Part shown: positions 28,121 to 37,734 of the stretch, in pieces
Layout of the letters: the number at the start of each line of letters is the position of its first letter
Position numbering within the stretch: position 1 is the first letter of the stretch
From: Acidobacteriota bacterium
Lineage (GTDB): Bacteria > Acidobacteriota > Thermoanaerobaculia > Gp7-AA8
NCBI GenBank assembly: GCA_019244185.1
Contig: JAFATB010000005.1
Location: 96,001 to 160,000, forward strand
Direction of reading: 5' to 3'
DNA length: 64,000 bases
Program-made: the position numbers and the translations under genes
Notes under the pieces: generated by a model
Told to the model about the DNA's origin: nothing
What the model saw: only the letters and a program-made list of their open reading frames with translations
Database searches by the model: none

Positions 28121-28411
28121 TTAGCCGCGGCCTTTGCGGGTGCTTGCGACGTCGTCAGTGCCGTCGAGCCGCTCGACCTGCTGCTTGCCGCCGAGGCCGT
28201 CGTGCGCGGCCTCGCGCGTCTGGCGCTCGTCGAGTTTCGCGCCGGTGCGCTGCGACTCCCACTGTTCGGTGGTCAGTCCGCGCGGGCGTTCCGCGGCGTC
28301 GCCCTGGTACAGGTTGCCTTTCACGATATGGATGACACGGTCACCTTTGACGCGCGTCTTGCGGTCCGGCGAGCCGGCTTTCGGATCGGGACCGCGTTGG
28401 TCGTCTCTCAT
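28121..28411 (-). CDS. Small hydrophilic hypothetical protein
   Basis: SD GGAGG before MRDDQ; charged, Gly-rich 96 aa. Confidence 0.6.
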   Translation of the reverse strand: MRDDQRGPDPKAGSPDRKTRVKGDRVIHIVKGNLYQGDAAERPRGLTTEQWESQRTGAKLDERQTREAAHDGLGGKQQVERLDGTDDVASTRKGRG

Positions 28412-28468
28412 GGTTGCCTCCGCCTTCGGAAGAGCAAAGGACATGCACGGTGGACGCGAAAAAGAAAC

Positions 28469-28498
28469 TTGACATCATCCCGATTAGACTTATTCTAA
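28469..28498 (+). promoter_or_regulatory. Sigma-70 promoter overlapped by a Fur/PerR-type 7-1-7 box
   Basis: TTGACA-N16-TATTCT; palindrome TTAGACT-T-ATTCTAA at 28484-28498. Confidence 0.8.
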
Positions 28499-28503
28499 AT
28501 TTC

Positions 28504-28926
28504 GTGAACGTCAAACATGAGCCCGGCGAGCAGTTGCGCGAGCATGGCATCCAGCCTTCCGCGCAGCGCGTGGCGGTGGCGGATTACGTCCTGCGCACGC
28601 TGGAGCATCCGTCCGCCGACCTCGTCTGGAAGCGGGTCAAAGAGAAGTTCCCGTGGATCTCCCGCGCGACGGTCTACAACACGCTGAACCTCTTCGTCGA
28701 CAAGGGCCTGCTGCAGCGCCTGACCATCGCCGAGGACTGCGTGATCTTCGACCCGATCACGGAGACGCACCATCACTTCATCGACGAGTCCACCGGCGCG
28801 ATCCACGACGTGCCGTGGGAGCGCGTGCAGGTCTGCAACATCGAGTCGCTGCGCGAGTACGACGTCCACGACTACCAGGTGGTGATGCGCGGCAAGCTCC
28901 GCCGCACGCCGAAACGCACCAAGTGA
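28504..28926 (+). CDS. Fur-family regulator (PerR-like)
   Basis: QR..V, HPSA, SRATVYNTL, HHHF; precedes ahpC/ahpD; GTG start 7 nt after the -10. Confidence 0.9.
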   Translation: MNVKHEPGEQLREHGIQPSAQRVAVADYVLRTLEHPSADLVWKRVKEKFPWISRATVYNTLNLFVDKGLLQRLTIAEDCVIFDPITETHHHFIDESTGAIHDVPWERVQVCNIESLREYDVHDYQVVMRGKLRRTPKRTK

Positions 28927-28978
28927 ATCACCCGCCCGGCCCCGCGCCGGGCACAGTACGCAAAAGGAGAAGATCAAG

Positions 28979-29515
28979 ATGTTGACTGTTGGAGACAAGT
29001 TTCCCGAGTTCAAGGTGACGGCGAACGTCGGCCGCGAAAAAGGCAAAGAGTTCAAGGACGTCACGAACAAGGACTTCGCCGGCAAGTGGCTGGTCTTTTA
29101 CGCCTATCCGAAGGATTTCACCTTCATCTGCCCGACGGAGATCGTCGAGTTCGGCCGCCACACGAATGATTTCGCCGACCGCGACGCCGTCGTTCTCGGC
29201 GGCTCGACCGACAACGAGTTCTCGCACCTCGCGTGGCGCAACGCGCATCCGGACCTCGCCGACATGCCCACTCCGCTCGTGCACATCAACCCGAAGCTCG
29301 CCAACGAGCTCGGCATCGTGCACAAGGAAGGCGGCGTCGCGCTGCGCGTGACGTTCGTCGTCGATCCGGACGGCATCATCCGCTCGGTCAGCGCGTACGA
29401 CCTCTCGGTCGGCCGCAACGTCGGCGAAGTGCTCCGCACCCTCGACGCCCTTCAGACCGACGAGCTTTGCCCCTGCAACTGGCAGAAGGGCGAAGACACG
29501 ATCAAGGTGGCGTAG
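28979..29515 (+). CDS. ahpC: 2-Cys peroxiredoxin
   Basis: YPKDFTFICPTE; ELCPCNW; SD AAGGAG. Confidence 0.95.
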   Translation: MLTVGDKFPEFKVTANVGREKGKEFKDVTNKDFAGKWLVFYAYPKDFTFICPTEIVEFGRHTNDFADRDAVVLGGSTDNEFSHLAWRNAHPDLADMPTPLVHINPKLANELGIVHKEGGVALRVTFVVDPDGIIRSVSAYDLSVGRNVGEVLRTLDALQTDELCPCNWQKGEDTIKVA

Positions 29516-29517
29516 CG

Positions 29518-30066
29518 ATGAGCGCCGCGATGGAAGAGCTGCGCGCCGGAATCCCCGATGCCGCGCGCGACATCAAGCTGAACCTGCAGAGCGTTCTGCA
29601 GCAGAGCTCTCTCACGCCGGCGCAGCGGTGGGGCGTGGCGATCGCTTCGGCGGTCGCCACCCACAACGCGCGTCTGCGCGATGCGCTCGTGGCCGACGCG
29701 AAACAGGAAGTCGGTCCAGAGGTCATCGATGATGCGCTCGCGTCGGCGGCGCTCATGGCCATGAACAACGTGTACTACCGCTTCCGCCACATGATCGCGA
29801 AGGAGTCGTACGAGCGGATGCCGGCGCGGCTGCGCATGCAGCGCATCGCTCGTCCCGCATCGAACAAGCCGGACTTCGAACTGTTCTGCCTCGCCGTCAG
29901 CGCGATCAACGGCTGCGAGATGTGCATCCGCTCGCACGAGCAGGCGGTGCTGCAGGGCGGGCTGACGGAGGAGCAGGTCCACGACGCCGTACGCGTCGCG
30001 GCGGTCGTCAACGCCGCGGCCATCGCGATCGAGTTGCCCGCCGACGTCGCCGCTCCGGTCGCGTAA
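29518..30066 (+). CDS. ahpD: Alkyl hydroperoxide reductase D
   Basis: DIKLNL, MAMNNVYYRF, AVSAINGCEMCIRSH. Confidence 0.93.
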   Translation: MSAAMEELRAGIPDAARDIKLNLQSVLQQSSLTPAQRWGVAIASAVATHNARLRDALVADAKQEVGPEVIDDALASAALMAMNNVYYRFRHMIAKESYERMPARLRMQRIARPASNKPDFELFCLAVSAINGCEMCIRSHEQAVLQGGLTEEQVHDAVRVAAVVNAAAIAIELPADVAAPVA

Positions 30067-30078
30067 CGCGCGGCACGC

Positions 30079-30471
30079 TCAGCGCGTCACGCGGATGTTG
30101 TTCTCGACTTCCCGCACGCCGCGCACCGACTCCGCGAGATCCTCGGCCAGCCGCTTCGCGTGGCGTTCGTTGACGCTGCCCGTGAGGACGACCACGCCAC
30201 CGCTGACCGACACTTCGATGTCGGTCGCGTCGACGTCGTCGTCATCCGCGAGCCGCTCGCAGATGTCCTCGCGGATGCGGTCGTCGCCTCGCTGATAGTT
30301 CTTCGGGCCGCGCCCGCGGTACGACGGGCGCGCGCCGCGATCGTCGGCGTGGCCGACGTTCCAGCTGCGATCGTTCTCGAGATCGCGATAGCCGCGCGGC
30401 CCCGGCGTGTAGTCGAAGCCCTCGCCTTCATAGCCGAACATGCCGCGGTTCGGCGTGCGGTCGATTCCCAT
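30079..30471 (-). CDS. BON domain protein
   Basis: GRGPKNYQRGDDRIREDICERL...GVREVENNIRV; SD AGGAGG. Confidence 0.9.
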   Translation of the reverse strand: MGIDRTPNRGMFGYEGEGFDYTPGPRGYRDLENDRSWNVGHADDRGARPSYRGRGPKNYQRGDDRIREDICERLADDDDVDATDIEVSVSGGVVVLTGSVNERHAKRLAEDLAESVRGVREVENNIRVTR

Positions 30472-30498
30472 CGGAACACCTCCTGCCCGCGAAGCGAG

Positions 30499-30514
30499 AG
30501 CAACTAAAATGCCG
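30499..30514 (-). promoter_or_regulatory. Sigma-54-type promoter candidate for the BON gene
   Basis: CGGCAT-TTTAG-TTGCT (GG-N10-GC). Confidence 0.55.
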
Positions 30515-30516
30515 CC

Positions 30517-30909
30517 ATGTGCCGCTGGTGCAAAGGGGCGGTGAGCGGGCGCAGGCGGACGTTCTGTTCCGACGCGTGCGTGCACGAGTGGCGGCTGCGG
30601 TCGAGCCCGTCGTATCTGCGCGACTGCGTCTTCGCGCGCGACCGCGGCGTGTGCGCGCTCTGCGGCATCGACACGGAAGCTGAGCGCCGGCGCATCGCGC
30701 GCATGCCGTTCGGCACGCGGATGCGCGAGCTGCGCATGCTGCAGGAGCACGGCCTCATTCATTGCGGCCGCAAATCGTGGTGGGAGGCGGATCACATCAT
30801 GCCGGTGGTCGAAGGCGGCGACTCGAATCTCGAGAATTTGCGGACGCTCTGCATCCCCTGCCACCGCGGCGTGACGACGGAACTACGGCTGCGACGAGCG
30901 ATCAGATGA
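30517..30909 (+). CDS. HNH endonuclease-like protein with N-terminal Cys motif
   Basis: CRWC..FCSDAC; RDRGVCALC; WEADHI..V.EGG; NLRTLCIPCH. Confidence 0.85.
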   Translation: MCRWCKGAVSGRRRTFCSDACVHEWRLRSSPSYLRDCVFARDRGVCALCGIDTEAERRRIARMPFGTRMRELRMLQEHGLIHCGRKSWWEADHIMPVVEGGDSNLENLRTLCIPCHRGVTTELRLRRAIR

Positions 30910-31510
30910 CCACGCGCGTCGCGATCGTCGCCGCCTCGAGCGAGCGCACGATCGCCTGCGCGATCTTCCGTCCGCCGCGTCCTGACGGTTCGATCGGATT
31001 CGCGTAGTCCGAGGGCTCCGTGCAGACGAGACGCAGCTCGATGACCGGCAACGCGTGCGCGACCGCGGTGCGCAGGATGACGTCGTTGAAGAGCAGCAGC
31101 GCGATGCGCGCCTCCGCCGGCGGCAGGTTGCCATTGTAGATCGTGCAGAGCGTCACCGGCTTCTTCGCGCGCAGCGCCGTTCCCACCATCGCCACGTACT
31201 CCTTCTCGAATACTTCGCTGCGTTTCCGAAAAATCTCCAGCGCCTCGGTCGTCGATTGCACCGGCAGCGCGAGGAGATCCGTGTTGCCGAGGGCGTCGTT
31301 GCCGCCGGCGGAGATCACGAGGTGCGTGGCGTCGACGGGGACGCGGCGCAGTTGCGCGGAAACGTTCGCGACGACCGCGCCGTCGACGGCGAGCAGCGTC
31401 GCGGTATGGGAGCGCGGCAGGAGCTCGCGCAGGTGCGTGACGACGTCGGGCTCGCCGCGCGTGTAGGACCCGTTGTCGAAGATGGAGTCGCCGAGGAGGA
31501 TGACGTGCAT
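30902..31510 (-). CDS. SGNH/GDSL hydrolase
   Basis: LLGDSIFDN; SAGGNDAL; NPIEPS; start trimmed from 32794. Confidence 0.88.
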   Translation of the reverse strand: MHVILLGDSIFDNGSYTRGEPDVVTHLRELLPRSHTATLLAVDGAVVANVSAQLRRVPVDATHLVISAGGNDALGNTDLLALPVQSTTEALEIFRKRSEVFEKEYVAMVGTALRAKKPVTLCTIYNGNLPPAEARIALLLFNDVILRTAVAHALPVIELRLVCTEPSDYANPIEPSGRGGRKIAQAIVRSLEAATIATRVVI

Positions 31511-31528
31511 GGTGTGCGACGATAGGTC

Positions 31529-32800
31529 GTGAGCAAGGAGCGTGCGCTGCGCGCGGCGATGGGGACGGCGGTGGCGTTGCGCGTCGTGCTCGCGCTCGTC
31601 GCGTGGCGCTCGCACGGCACGACCGCGTTTCTCGCGGTGGACTCCGCGACGTACCTCGCGCCGGCGATGTCGATCGCGACGCATGGCGCGTTCGAAAATG
31701 CGAACGGACAGGCGGAGCTCTTCCGCACGCCGGGCTATCCGCTGCTGCTCGCGTTTGGATTGATCGCGGGGCATCCGCTGCTCGTGCCGCTGGCGACGCA
31801 GGTCTTGCTCTCCGCGCTGCTCGTCGCGCTGACGTACGCGCTCGCGCGGGAGCTGTTCGACGAGCGCGCGGCGCGGCTTTGCGCGTGGATCGCGGCGATC
31901 GAGCCGACGATGCTGCTCTGGTCGGTGAAGCTGATGCCGGAGACGCTGTTCACGTGCGCGCTCGTGGCGTTCGTGTACGCCGCGATTCGCGCGCTGGCAA
32001 CGCGCGACGCGCGTTGGACCCTCGCGAGCGCGCTGGCGTTGTGCGCGGCGATTTACGTGAAGCCGATCGCGTATCCGCTGGCGTTCGTCGTCGTACTCGC
32101 GGCGCTGTTCGTAACCGCGAGGCACGCGCTCGTGTTTCTCGCAATGTGCATGCTGCTGCTCGCGCCATGGCACGTGCGCAATTACGCGCGCGCGCGGTAC
32201 GCCGGCTTCACGACGCTCATGGATCACGCGGTCTATCTCTCCGCGGGCGGCTCCGTCGCGGCGCGGCAGCAGCACGAATCGTTCGTGGCGATGCGGCAAC
32301 GGATGCTCGCGGACGCGGCGCGCATCGACGGCCCGGCGCGCTACGCGACGATGCGGCGCGACGGGCTCGCGCTCGTCCGCACCGATCCGTTCGGCTACGC
32401 GCGCACGCACGTCGCGGGCATGCTGCGCACGCTCTTCGATCCCGGCGCGGTCGAATACGCTCGCCTCTTCGGCGCGTATCCGGAGAACGGCGGCGCACTC
32501 GCGGGCATCGTCGATCGTGGACTCGCGCGCGGCGCGCTCGCGTTTGCACGCGCGCGGCCGGCGCTGTTCGCGGCGGCCCTCGCGCTTGCGTTGCTGCTCG
32601 CGCCGCTCGTGCTGCTGCCACTCCTCGGCATCGCGCGCGATCGACGCGTACCGTTGGTGTTCGTCGCGCTGGTCGTCGCGTATCTCGTCGTCGCGAGCGG
32701 CGGCGTGCCGGGGTCGAGCCGCTTCCGCGCGCCGATGGTGCCGCTGCTCGCGCTGCTCTCCGGCGCGGCGCTGCGCGATCGGGTTACACTCCAAAACTGA
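31529..32800 (+). CDS. Multi-TM GT-C glycosyltransferase (ArnT/PMT-like)
   Basis: DSATY, FRTPGYP, ETLF, PWHVRNY, SRFRAP; many TMs. Confidence 0.8.
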   Translation: MSKERALRAAMGTAVALRVVLALVAWRSHGTTAFLAVDSATYLAPAMSIATHGAFENANGQAELFRTPGYPLLLAFGLIAGHPLLVPLATQVLLSALLVALTYALARELFDERAARLCAWIAAIEPTMLLWSVKLMPETLFTCALVAFVYAAIRALATRDARWTLASALALCAAIYVKPIAYPLAFVVVLAALFVTARHALVFLAMCMLLLAPWHVRNYARARYAGFTTLMDHAVYLSAGGSVAARQQHESFVAMRQRMLADAARIDGPARYATMRRDGLALVRTDPFGYARTHVAGMLRTLFDPGAVEYARLFGAYPENGGALAGIVDRGLARGALAFARARPALFAAALALALLLAPLVLLPLLGIARDRRVPLVFVALVVAYLVVASGGVPGSSRFRAPMVPLLALLSGAALRDRVTLQN

Positions 32801-33918
32801 TGATCCTGCTCCTCGCCGCGCTGCTGCTCACGACCGCGGTGTGCGTCGTCGGCGGCTACGCGGCCTGGCTGCTCACGGCGCCGCGACCGCGCGCGCAGCG
32901 AGCCGCGGCGCACGAGTTGCCGCACGTGCTCATCGTCGTGCCGGTGTTCGACGAGGCGGCGCTCATCGAGCGGAAGCTGGAGAACCTCGCCGCCCTCACC
33001 TACGCGCCGAAGAGTGTGGTCCTCGTCGACGGCGGCTCGTCCGACGGCAGCGTCGAGCGCATCGCGCGCTGGATCGACGGCCGCGACGACTTCGCGCTGC
33101 TCGCGACGAACCTCCGCGACAAGACCGCGCAGATCAACGAGGCGCTGCGCGTCCACCGCGGAGCCGAATGGATCCTCGCCACGGACGCCGACGCGTTGCT
33201 CGCGCCGAACGCGCTCGACGAGCTCGTCGCCGTCGCGGCGTCCGACGCGTCCATCGGGGTCGTCGGCACGCGTGTGCGTCCCGCGTCCGCGCACGCGCTC
33301 GAGGCATTGCACTGGCGCGCGACGGACTGGCTGCGCGAGCGCGAGTCGGCGCGCGGTTCGGCCGGCATCGTCGCCGCGCCGTGCTATCTCGCGCGACGTG
33401 CACTGCTCGCCGATTTGCCGTCCGACACGATTGCCGACGACGTCCACGTCGCTTGTCGCGCGATGAGCGAAGGGCTGCGCGTCGGCCACGGCGCGACGCT
33501 CGTCGTCGAGCTGCGCTCGCCGCGCACGCTGCGCGCGCTCCTGCGCCACAAGTACCGCAAGGCCGACGCGTATCTCCGCGAGATCTTCCGCTTCCTCCCG
33601 CGCGCGCGGCAGTTGCCCGCGGTGTTCCTCTGGCGCGCGGCGCTGCTGACGCTCGTGCCGCTCCTCGCCACGCTCGCCGGCGTCGCGCTCGTCGTCGACG
33701 CCGCGCAACGCGCGTACGCGACCGACGCCGCCGCGCTGCTGACGATCGCGCTCGCATTCGCGCTGCTCTTCACCGCGCGTCCGCTGCGTCATGCCGCGCG
33801 CTTCGCCGCACTCGCGTTTCTCCTCATCGCGGTCTCGGCGGCGGCACTCCTCGCCTATCCGTGGTCGCGGCAGATCGCATCGTTCCCCAAAATCCTGTCG
33901 TCCGACGAGCTCTCATGA
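32800..33918 (+). CDS. GT2 glycosyltransferase, membrane-bound
   Basis: VPVFDE, VDGGSSDGS, TDAD, ADD; N- and C-terminal TMs; TGATG coupling. Confidence 0.87.
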   Translation: MILLLAALLLTTAVCVVGGYAAWLLTAPRPRAQRAAAHELPHVLIVVPVFDEAALIERKLENLAALTYAPKSVVLVDGGSSDGSVERIARWIDGRDDFALLATNLRDKTAQINEALRVHRGAEWILATDADALLAPNALDELVAVAASDASIGVVGTRVRPASAHALEALHWRATDWLRERESARGSAGIVAAPCYLARRALLADLPSDTIADDVHVACRAMSEGLRVGHGATLVVELRSPRTLRALLRHKYRKADAYLREIFRFLPRARQLPAVFLWRAALLTLVPLLATLAGVALVVDAAQRAYATDAAALLTIALAFALLFTARPLRHAARFAALAFLLIAVSAAALLAYPWSRQIASFPKILSSDELS

Positions 33919-34937
33919 AAAATCGCGACAAGCTGCGCATCGGCGGCAGCATCCTCGCCTCGAAACTCACCGGCCGCCCGCGGCCGTTCTTCGTGCAGTA
34001 CTCGCTGCTCAACGCCTGCAACGCGTCGTGCGGCTACTGCAACTGCCCGCAGCGCGAAGATCCGCGCGCCGATCTCGCCACGCATCTCCGCACGCTCGCC
34101 GACTTCTCCCGGCTCGGCGCCGTCCGCATCAAGTTCCTCGGCGGCGAGCCGCTGCTCCACGGCGACATCGCGCAGCTCGTCGACGTCACGAAACAACACG
34201 GCATGCGCGCGGCGATGGTCACGAACGGCTTCCTCATCCCGCAGAAGATGGACGTCGTGCGCCGTCTCGACGAGGTCGTGATCTCGATCGACGGCAGCGA
34301 GGCCGCGCACGACGCGCAACGCGGCCGCGGCACGTGGAAGAAAGTCATGAACGCGATCGATGCGTGCGCCGCCGAGGGGCTCGACTTTTTTCTCAGCGCC
34401 GTCGTCACGCGCGACACCGTTGGCGAGATCGACTGGCTGCTCGACACCGCGCGCCGCTACCGCGTGATGGTCAACTTCCAGATCCCGCAGTTCAACCCGG
34501 AGATGTACGGCAGCGGCGCGAAATCCTGGATGCCGATGCCCGACGAGATCCGCAACGTGATCGCGCGCATCATCGCCGCGAAAGAAGACGGCGCGCCGGT
34601 GCTCTTCTCGACGCGCTCGTACGGCCGCACGCTGCAGTGGGAAGACTTCTCGCGCGAGCGCGACGAGCGCAGCGGCGAGGCCTCGCCGTGCACCGCGGGC
34701 AAGTACTTTCTGCAGCTCGAGCCGAACGGCGACATCTATCCGTGCGTCCTGCAGATCGGCTCGTTCCAGCCGAAGAACGCGTTCCGCGACGGCGTCGAAA
34801 CGGCGTGGCGTCACGCGTCCGCGCATTCGTGCTTCAGCTGCTACAACACGTGGCTGAACGAGAACCGCGGCATCTTCGAGCTGCATCCGTCGATCCTGCT
34901 GAACTTTTGGCAAAACTATCTCCGCGCGCGCGGCTGA
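33915..34937 (+). CDS. Radical SAM protein with SPASM/Twitch-like C-terminus
   Basis: CNASCGYC; GGEPLL; TNG; SIDG; CTAG...GDIYPC...CFSC. Confidence 0.92.
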   Translation: MKNRDKLRIGGSILASKLTGRPRPFFVQYSLLNACNASCGYCNCPQREDPRADLATHLRTLADFSRLGAVRIKFLGGEPLLHGDIAQLVDVTKQHGMRAAMVTNGFLIPQKMDVVRRLDEVVISIDGSEAAHDAQRGRGTWKKVMNAIDACAAEGLDFFLSAVVTRDTVGEIDWLLDTARRYRVMVNFQIPQFNPEMYGSGAKSWMPMPDEIRNVIARIIAAKEDGAPVLFSTRSYGRTLQWEDFSRERDERSGEASPCTAGKYFLQLEPNGDIYPCVLQIGSFQPKNAFRDGVETAWRHASAHSCFSCYNTWLNENRGIFELHPSILLNFWQNYLRARG

Positions 34938-34967
34938 TGCGCGCGACGATGTTTATCCTCGCGCCGG

Positions 34968-36692
34968 ATGCGCAGGATTCTCATCGTCATCGCTCTCGCG
35001 TTCGCGACTCCGGCGTTCGCCGCGAATGACGTTTCCGCGGCGTGGATCAGCCGTCTGCCGGCCATCGACTACGTGTGGGACAGCGCGAATCCGCGCGTCG
35101 AAGGCTGGCCAGCCGAGGGCTCTTCGGTCACCTGGCAAGGCCACATCCGCAACCTCGGCGACAGCGACGTCACCATCGACTATCAGTGGCGCCTCGACGG
35201 TCACGTCGAACGGCGAGGCGTCGTGACGATCGCCGCCGGCGCGCTGGCCACCGTCGACTTCCCGTGGACGTGGACGTTCGCGCGTCACCGCCTGCAGCTC
35301 GAGCTCGATCCGGCGAACGAGCTCGTGGAAACGGAAGAGCGGAACAACGACCTGCTCGTCTACACCGACTCGATCGCGGCCGGCTTCTGGATCGAGCAGA
35401 GCGTCTGGGACTACCTGCGCGGCCGTCTGCCGCAACTGCACGCGGGAGTGGCGTCGTTCGACGACTGGATCCAGCTGCGGATGCGCATGTTCAACGACAT
35501 GGCGGCGGTCGCCATCTATCCCGAAACGCCGGACGGCGTGCTCGATCGCATGCGTGTCGAGAAGATCGTCGTCGTTCCCGACGGCACGCTGCCGCTCGGC
35601 GTTCTCCAGAACCCGCAGGGGAACGACCTCGCGGGACAGGCCGTGCACTTTCCCGATCCGAACGACCGCACCATCGACCTCGAATGGGGCTACCCCGTCA
35701 AGCCGTCGCTCGCCAGCCTGCAGCATTTCAACGACGAGGCGTTCTTCGACGACTCGCTGCTGCACGAGCTCGGGCACGCGCGGTATCTCGTCGACGTCTA
35801 CGGCTGGTACGTGCTCGACGCGCCGCCGCTGCACGTGGTCGATCTCGACGTGCCGCGCCAGAACGCGCAGGTGCACGACGTGTCGGAGCACGGGCTCATG
35901 GTGCAGCACTACACGTTCCTCGACCGCTACAGCGCGGCCGCGCTCAACCGCATCGCCGGCGCGCGCGCCACGCGCGGCCACTACAACGAGCCCGAGAACC
36001 TCGGCAGCTTCCTCAACGATCTCCCCGCGCAGAACCGCGTCACGTTCGTCGACGCACAGGGACGCCCGCTCGCGAACAGGCAGGTGAAGATCTATCAGGC
36101 CACGGCACCGTCCGGACACTACGACGGCACCAATAGCCCGTACGGCAAGCACTACGACAACAACGCCGATCTCACCGTGCAGACCGACGCGAACGGCGCG
36201 GCACTCGTCGGACGTAATCCGTTCTCGCACGGCGCGATCGTGCACACGAACGACTTCTCGAACGTGACCGCGATCATGCGCGCCGGCGATCAGTACGGCT
36301 TTCTCGAGTCGCTCGACTTCAACCTCGCCTGGTGGCGCGGCGAGCAGGAGCTCGCGAACCATACCGTCGTCGTCGGCGGCCCGAACTGCGCCGTGTCGCT
36401 GCAACCGTTCGTGACGTCGCCCAATCACGAATCGATCGTCGCGACGAACCGCGTGACGCTGACGTGGAGCCGCTCGACGATGCCCGGCACGACCTACACG
36501 CTGTTCGTGTCCGAAGACGATCAGAAGCCGCGCGTCGCCGGCACGACGACCGCGACGACGTTCACCGCCACGCTCGGCGGCGACGTGCAGTGGTGGGTCG
36601 AGGCGAAGTATCCGAACGGCTGCGTGGAGCGTTCCGACACCGGCCGCTTCTCCGCGCCCCGCGCGCCGCGCCGGCGTGCTGTGCGGCCTTGA
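34968..36692 (+). CDS. Secreted protein: CARDB-like domain, HExxH metallopeptidase-like region, Fn3-like end, C-terminal RRRAVRP
   Basis: Signal peptide ending PAFA; LDPANELVETEERNN; LLHELGH. Confidence 0.75.
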   Translation: MRRILIVIALAFATPAFAANDVSAAWISRLPAIDYVWDSANPRVEGWPAEGSSVTWQGHIRNLGDSDVTIDYQWRLDGHVERRGVVTIAAGALATVDFPWTWTFARHRLQLELDPANELVETEERNNDLLVYTDSIAAGFWIEQSVWDYLRGRLPQLHAGVASFDDWIQLRMRMFNDMAAVAIYPETPDGVLDRMRVEKIVVVPDGTLPLGVLQNPQGNDLAGQAVHFPDPNDRTIDLEWGYPVKPSLASLQHFNDEAFFDDSLLHELGHARYLVDVYGWYVLDAPPLHVVDLDVPRQNAQVHDVSEHGLMVQHYTFLDRYSAAALNRIAGARATRGHYNEPENLGSFLNDLPAQNRVTFVDAQGRPLANRQVKIYQATAPSGHYDGTNSPYGKHYDNNADLTVQTDANGAALVGRNPFSHGAIVHTNDFSNVTAIMRAGDQYGFLESLDFNLAWWRGEQELANHTVVVGGPNCAVSLQPFVTSPNHESIVATNRVTLTWSRSTMPGTTYTLFVSEDDQKPRVAGTTTATTFTATLGGDVQWWVEAKYPNGCVERSDTGRFSAPRAPRRRAVRP

Positions 36693-36703
36693 GCGAACGA
36701 CGA

Positions 36704-36846
36704 GGAGCGCCTCCGGCGGGGCGGCGCGGCCGCCTGCGCTTAGGCTGGCACGTGCGGCTGCTCTGAACGACGTTCCCGGCAGCAACACGTGCGTCTAGGC
36801 TAGGCCCTGAGCGCAGGCGGCCGCGCCGCCCCGCCGGAGGCGCTCC
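36704..36846. repeat. Large palindromic intergenic element (REPIN/MITE-like), copy 1
   Basis: Perfect 37-bp inverted repeat 36704-36740 / 36810-36846 between convergent genes. Confidence 0.9.
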
Positions 36847-36858
36847 CGGTCGCTCCCG

Positions 36859-37734
36859 TCAACGCCCGAATGTGTCGCAGTCGCTGATCTTGCCGGACTC
36901 AAAGCCGCGGCGGAACCATTGGGCGCGTTGTTCGGACGAACCGTGCGTCCACTTCTCCGGGTTCACGGCGCGTCCGGACATTCGCTGGATGCGATCGTCG
37001 CCGACGGCCGCGGCGGCGGCGAGACCTTCATCGACGTCGCCTGACTCGAGGATGTTGCGTTGTTCGGTGGAGTGGCCCCAGATGCCGGCGAAGCAATCCG
37101 CCTGCAATTCGAGGCGCACCGAATATTCGTTCGCGCGGGATGGATCGTTCTGTTCGGCGTTGTGCACCTTGTCGGAGATGCCGATCAGATTCTGGATGTG
37201 ATGTCCGACTTCATGCGCGAGGACGTACGCCTGCGCGAAGTCGCCCGACGCGCCGAAGCGCTGCTGCAGCTCGTCGTAGAACCCGAGATCGATGTAGACC
37301 TTGCCGTCGTTGGGGCAGTAGAACGGACCGGAGGCGGCTTGACCGTAGCCGCAGCCGGTATCGGTCGCGTCGCGGAAGAGCACGAGCGTCGTCTTCTGAT
37401 ACCGGACGCCCTTCTGATCGAGCGTCTGCGCCCACGTCTTCTGCAGATCGTCGAGCACGAACGAGACGAACTGCACTTCCTTCGCCTCGGCGGGCGACTG
37501 GTTCGCGGGCGGCGTCTGTTCGCCCGGCGCGCGTTGTTGCTGTTGTACCGCGCCGCCGCCGCCCGAGCCGTCGAAGAGGGCGAAGAAATTCTTGCCCGTC
37601 AGAAGGCTGAGCACGAGCAGCACGATTGCGCCGCCGCAGCCGATCGTCGGTCCGCGGCCGAAGCCGAATCCGCCGCCGCTGCTTCCGCGGCGATCTTCGA
37701 TGTCCGAGCTGACTCCGCCTGGTGTCCATCGCAT
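36859..37734 (-). CDS. Neutral zinc metallopeptidase (YpfJ-like)
   Basis: IEDRRG; GPFYCP; YVLAHEVGHHIQ; ELQADCFAG; THGSSEQR. Confidence 0.93.
   Translation of the reverse strand: MRWTPGGVSSDIEDRRGSSGGGFGFGRGPTIGCGGAIVLLVLSLLTGKNFFALFDGSGGGGAVQQQQRAPGEQTPPANQSPAEAKEVQFVSFVLDDLQKTWAQTLDQKGVRYQKTTLVLFRDATDTGCGYGQAASGPFYCPNDGKVYIDLGFYDELQQRFGASGDFAQAYVLAHEVGHHIQNLIGISDKVHNAEQNDPSRANEYSVRLELQADCFAGIWGHSTEQRNILESGDVDEGLAAAAAVGDDRIQRMSGRAVNPEKWTHGSSEQRAQWFRRGFESGKISDCDTFGR

Noticed and set aside
28433-28448. Sigma-54-like site GTGCATGTCCTTTGCT before the small hydrophilic gene
   Set aside because: Has TG in place of the invariant GG at -24.
30517-30909. HNH gene as a homing or mobile element
   Set aside because: Host-like composition, no intron or phage context, no interrupted gene.
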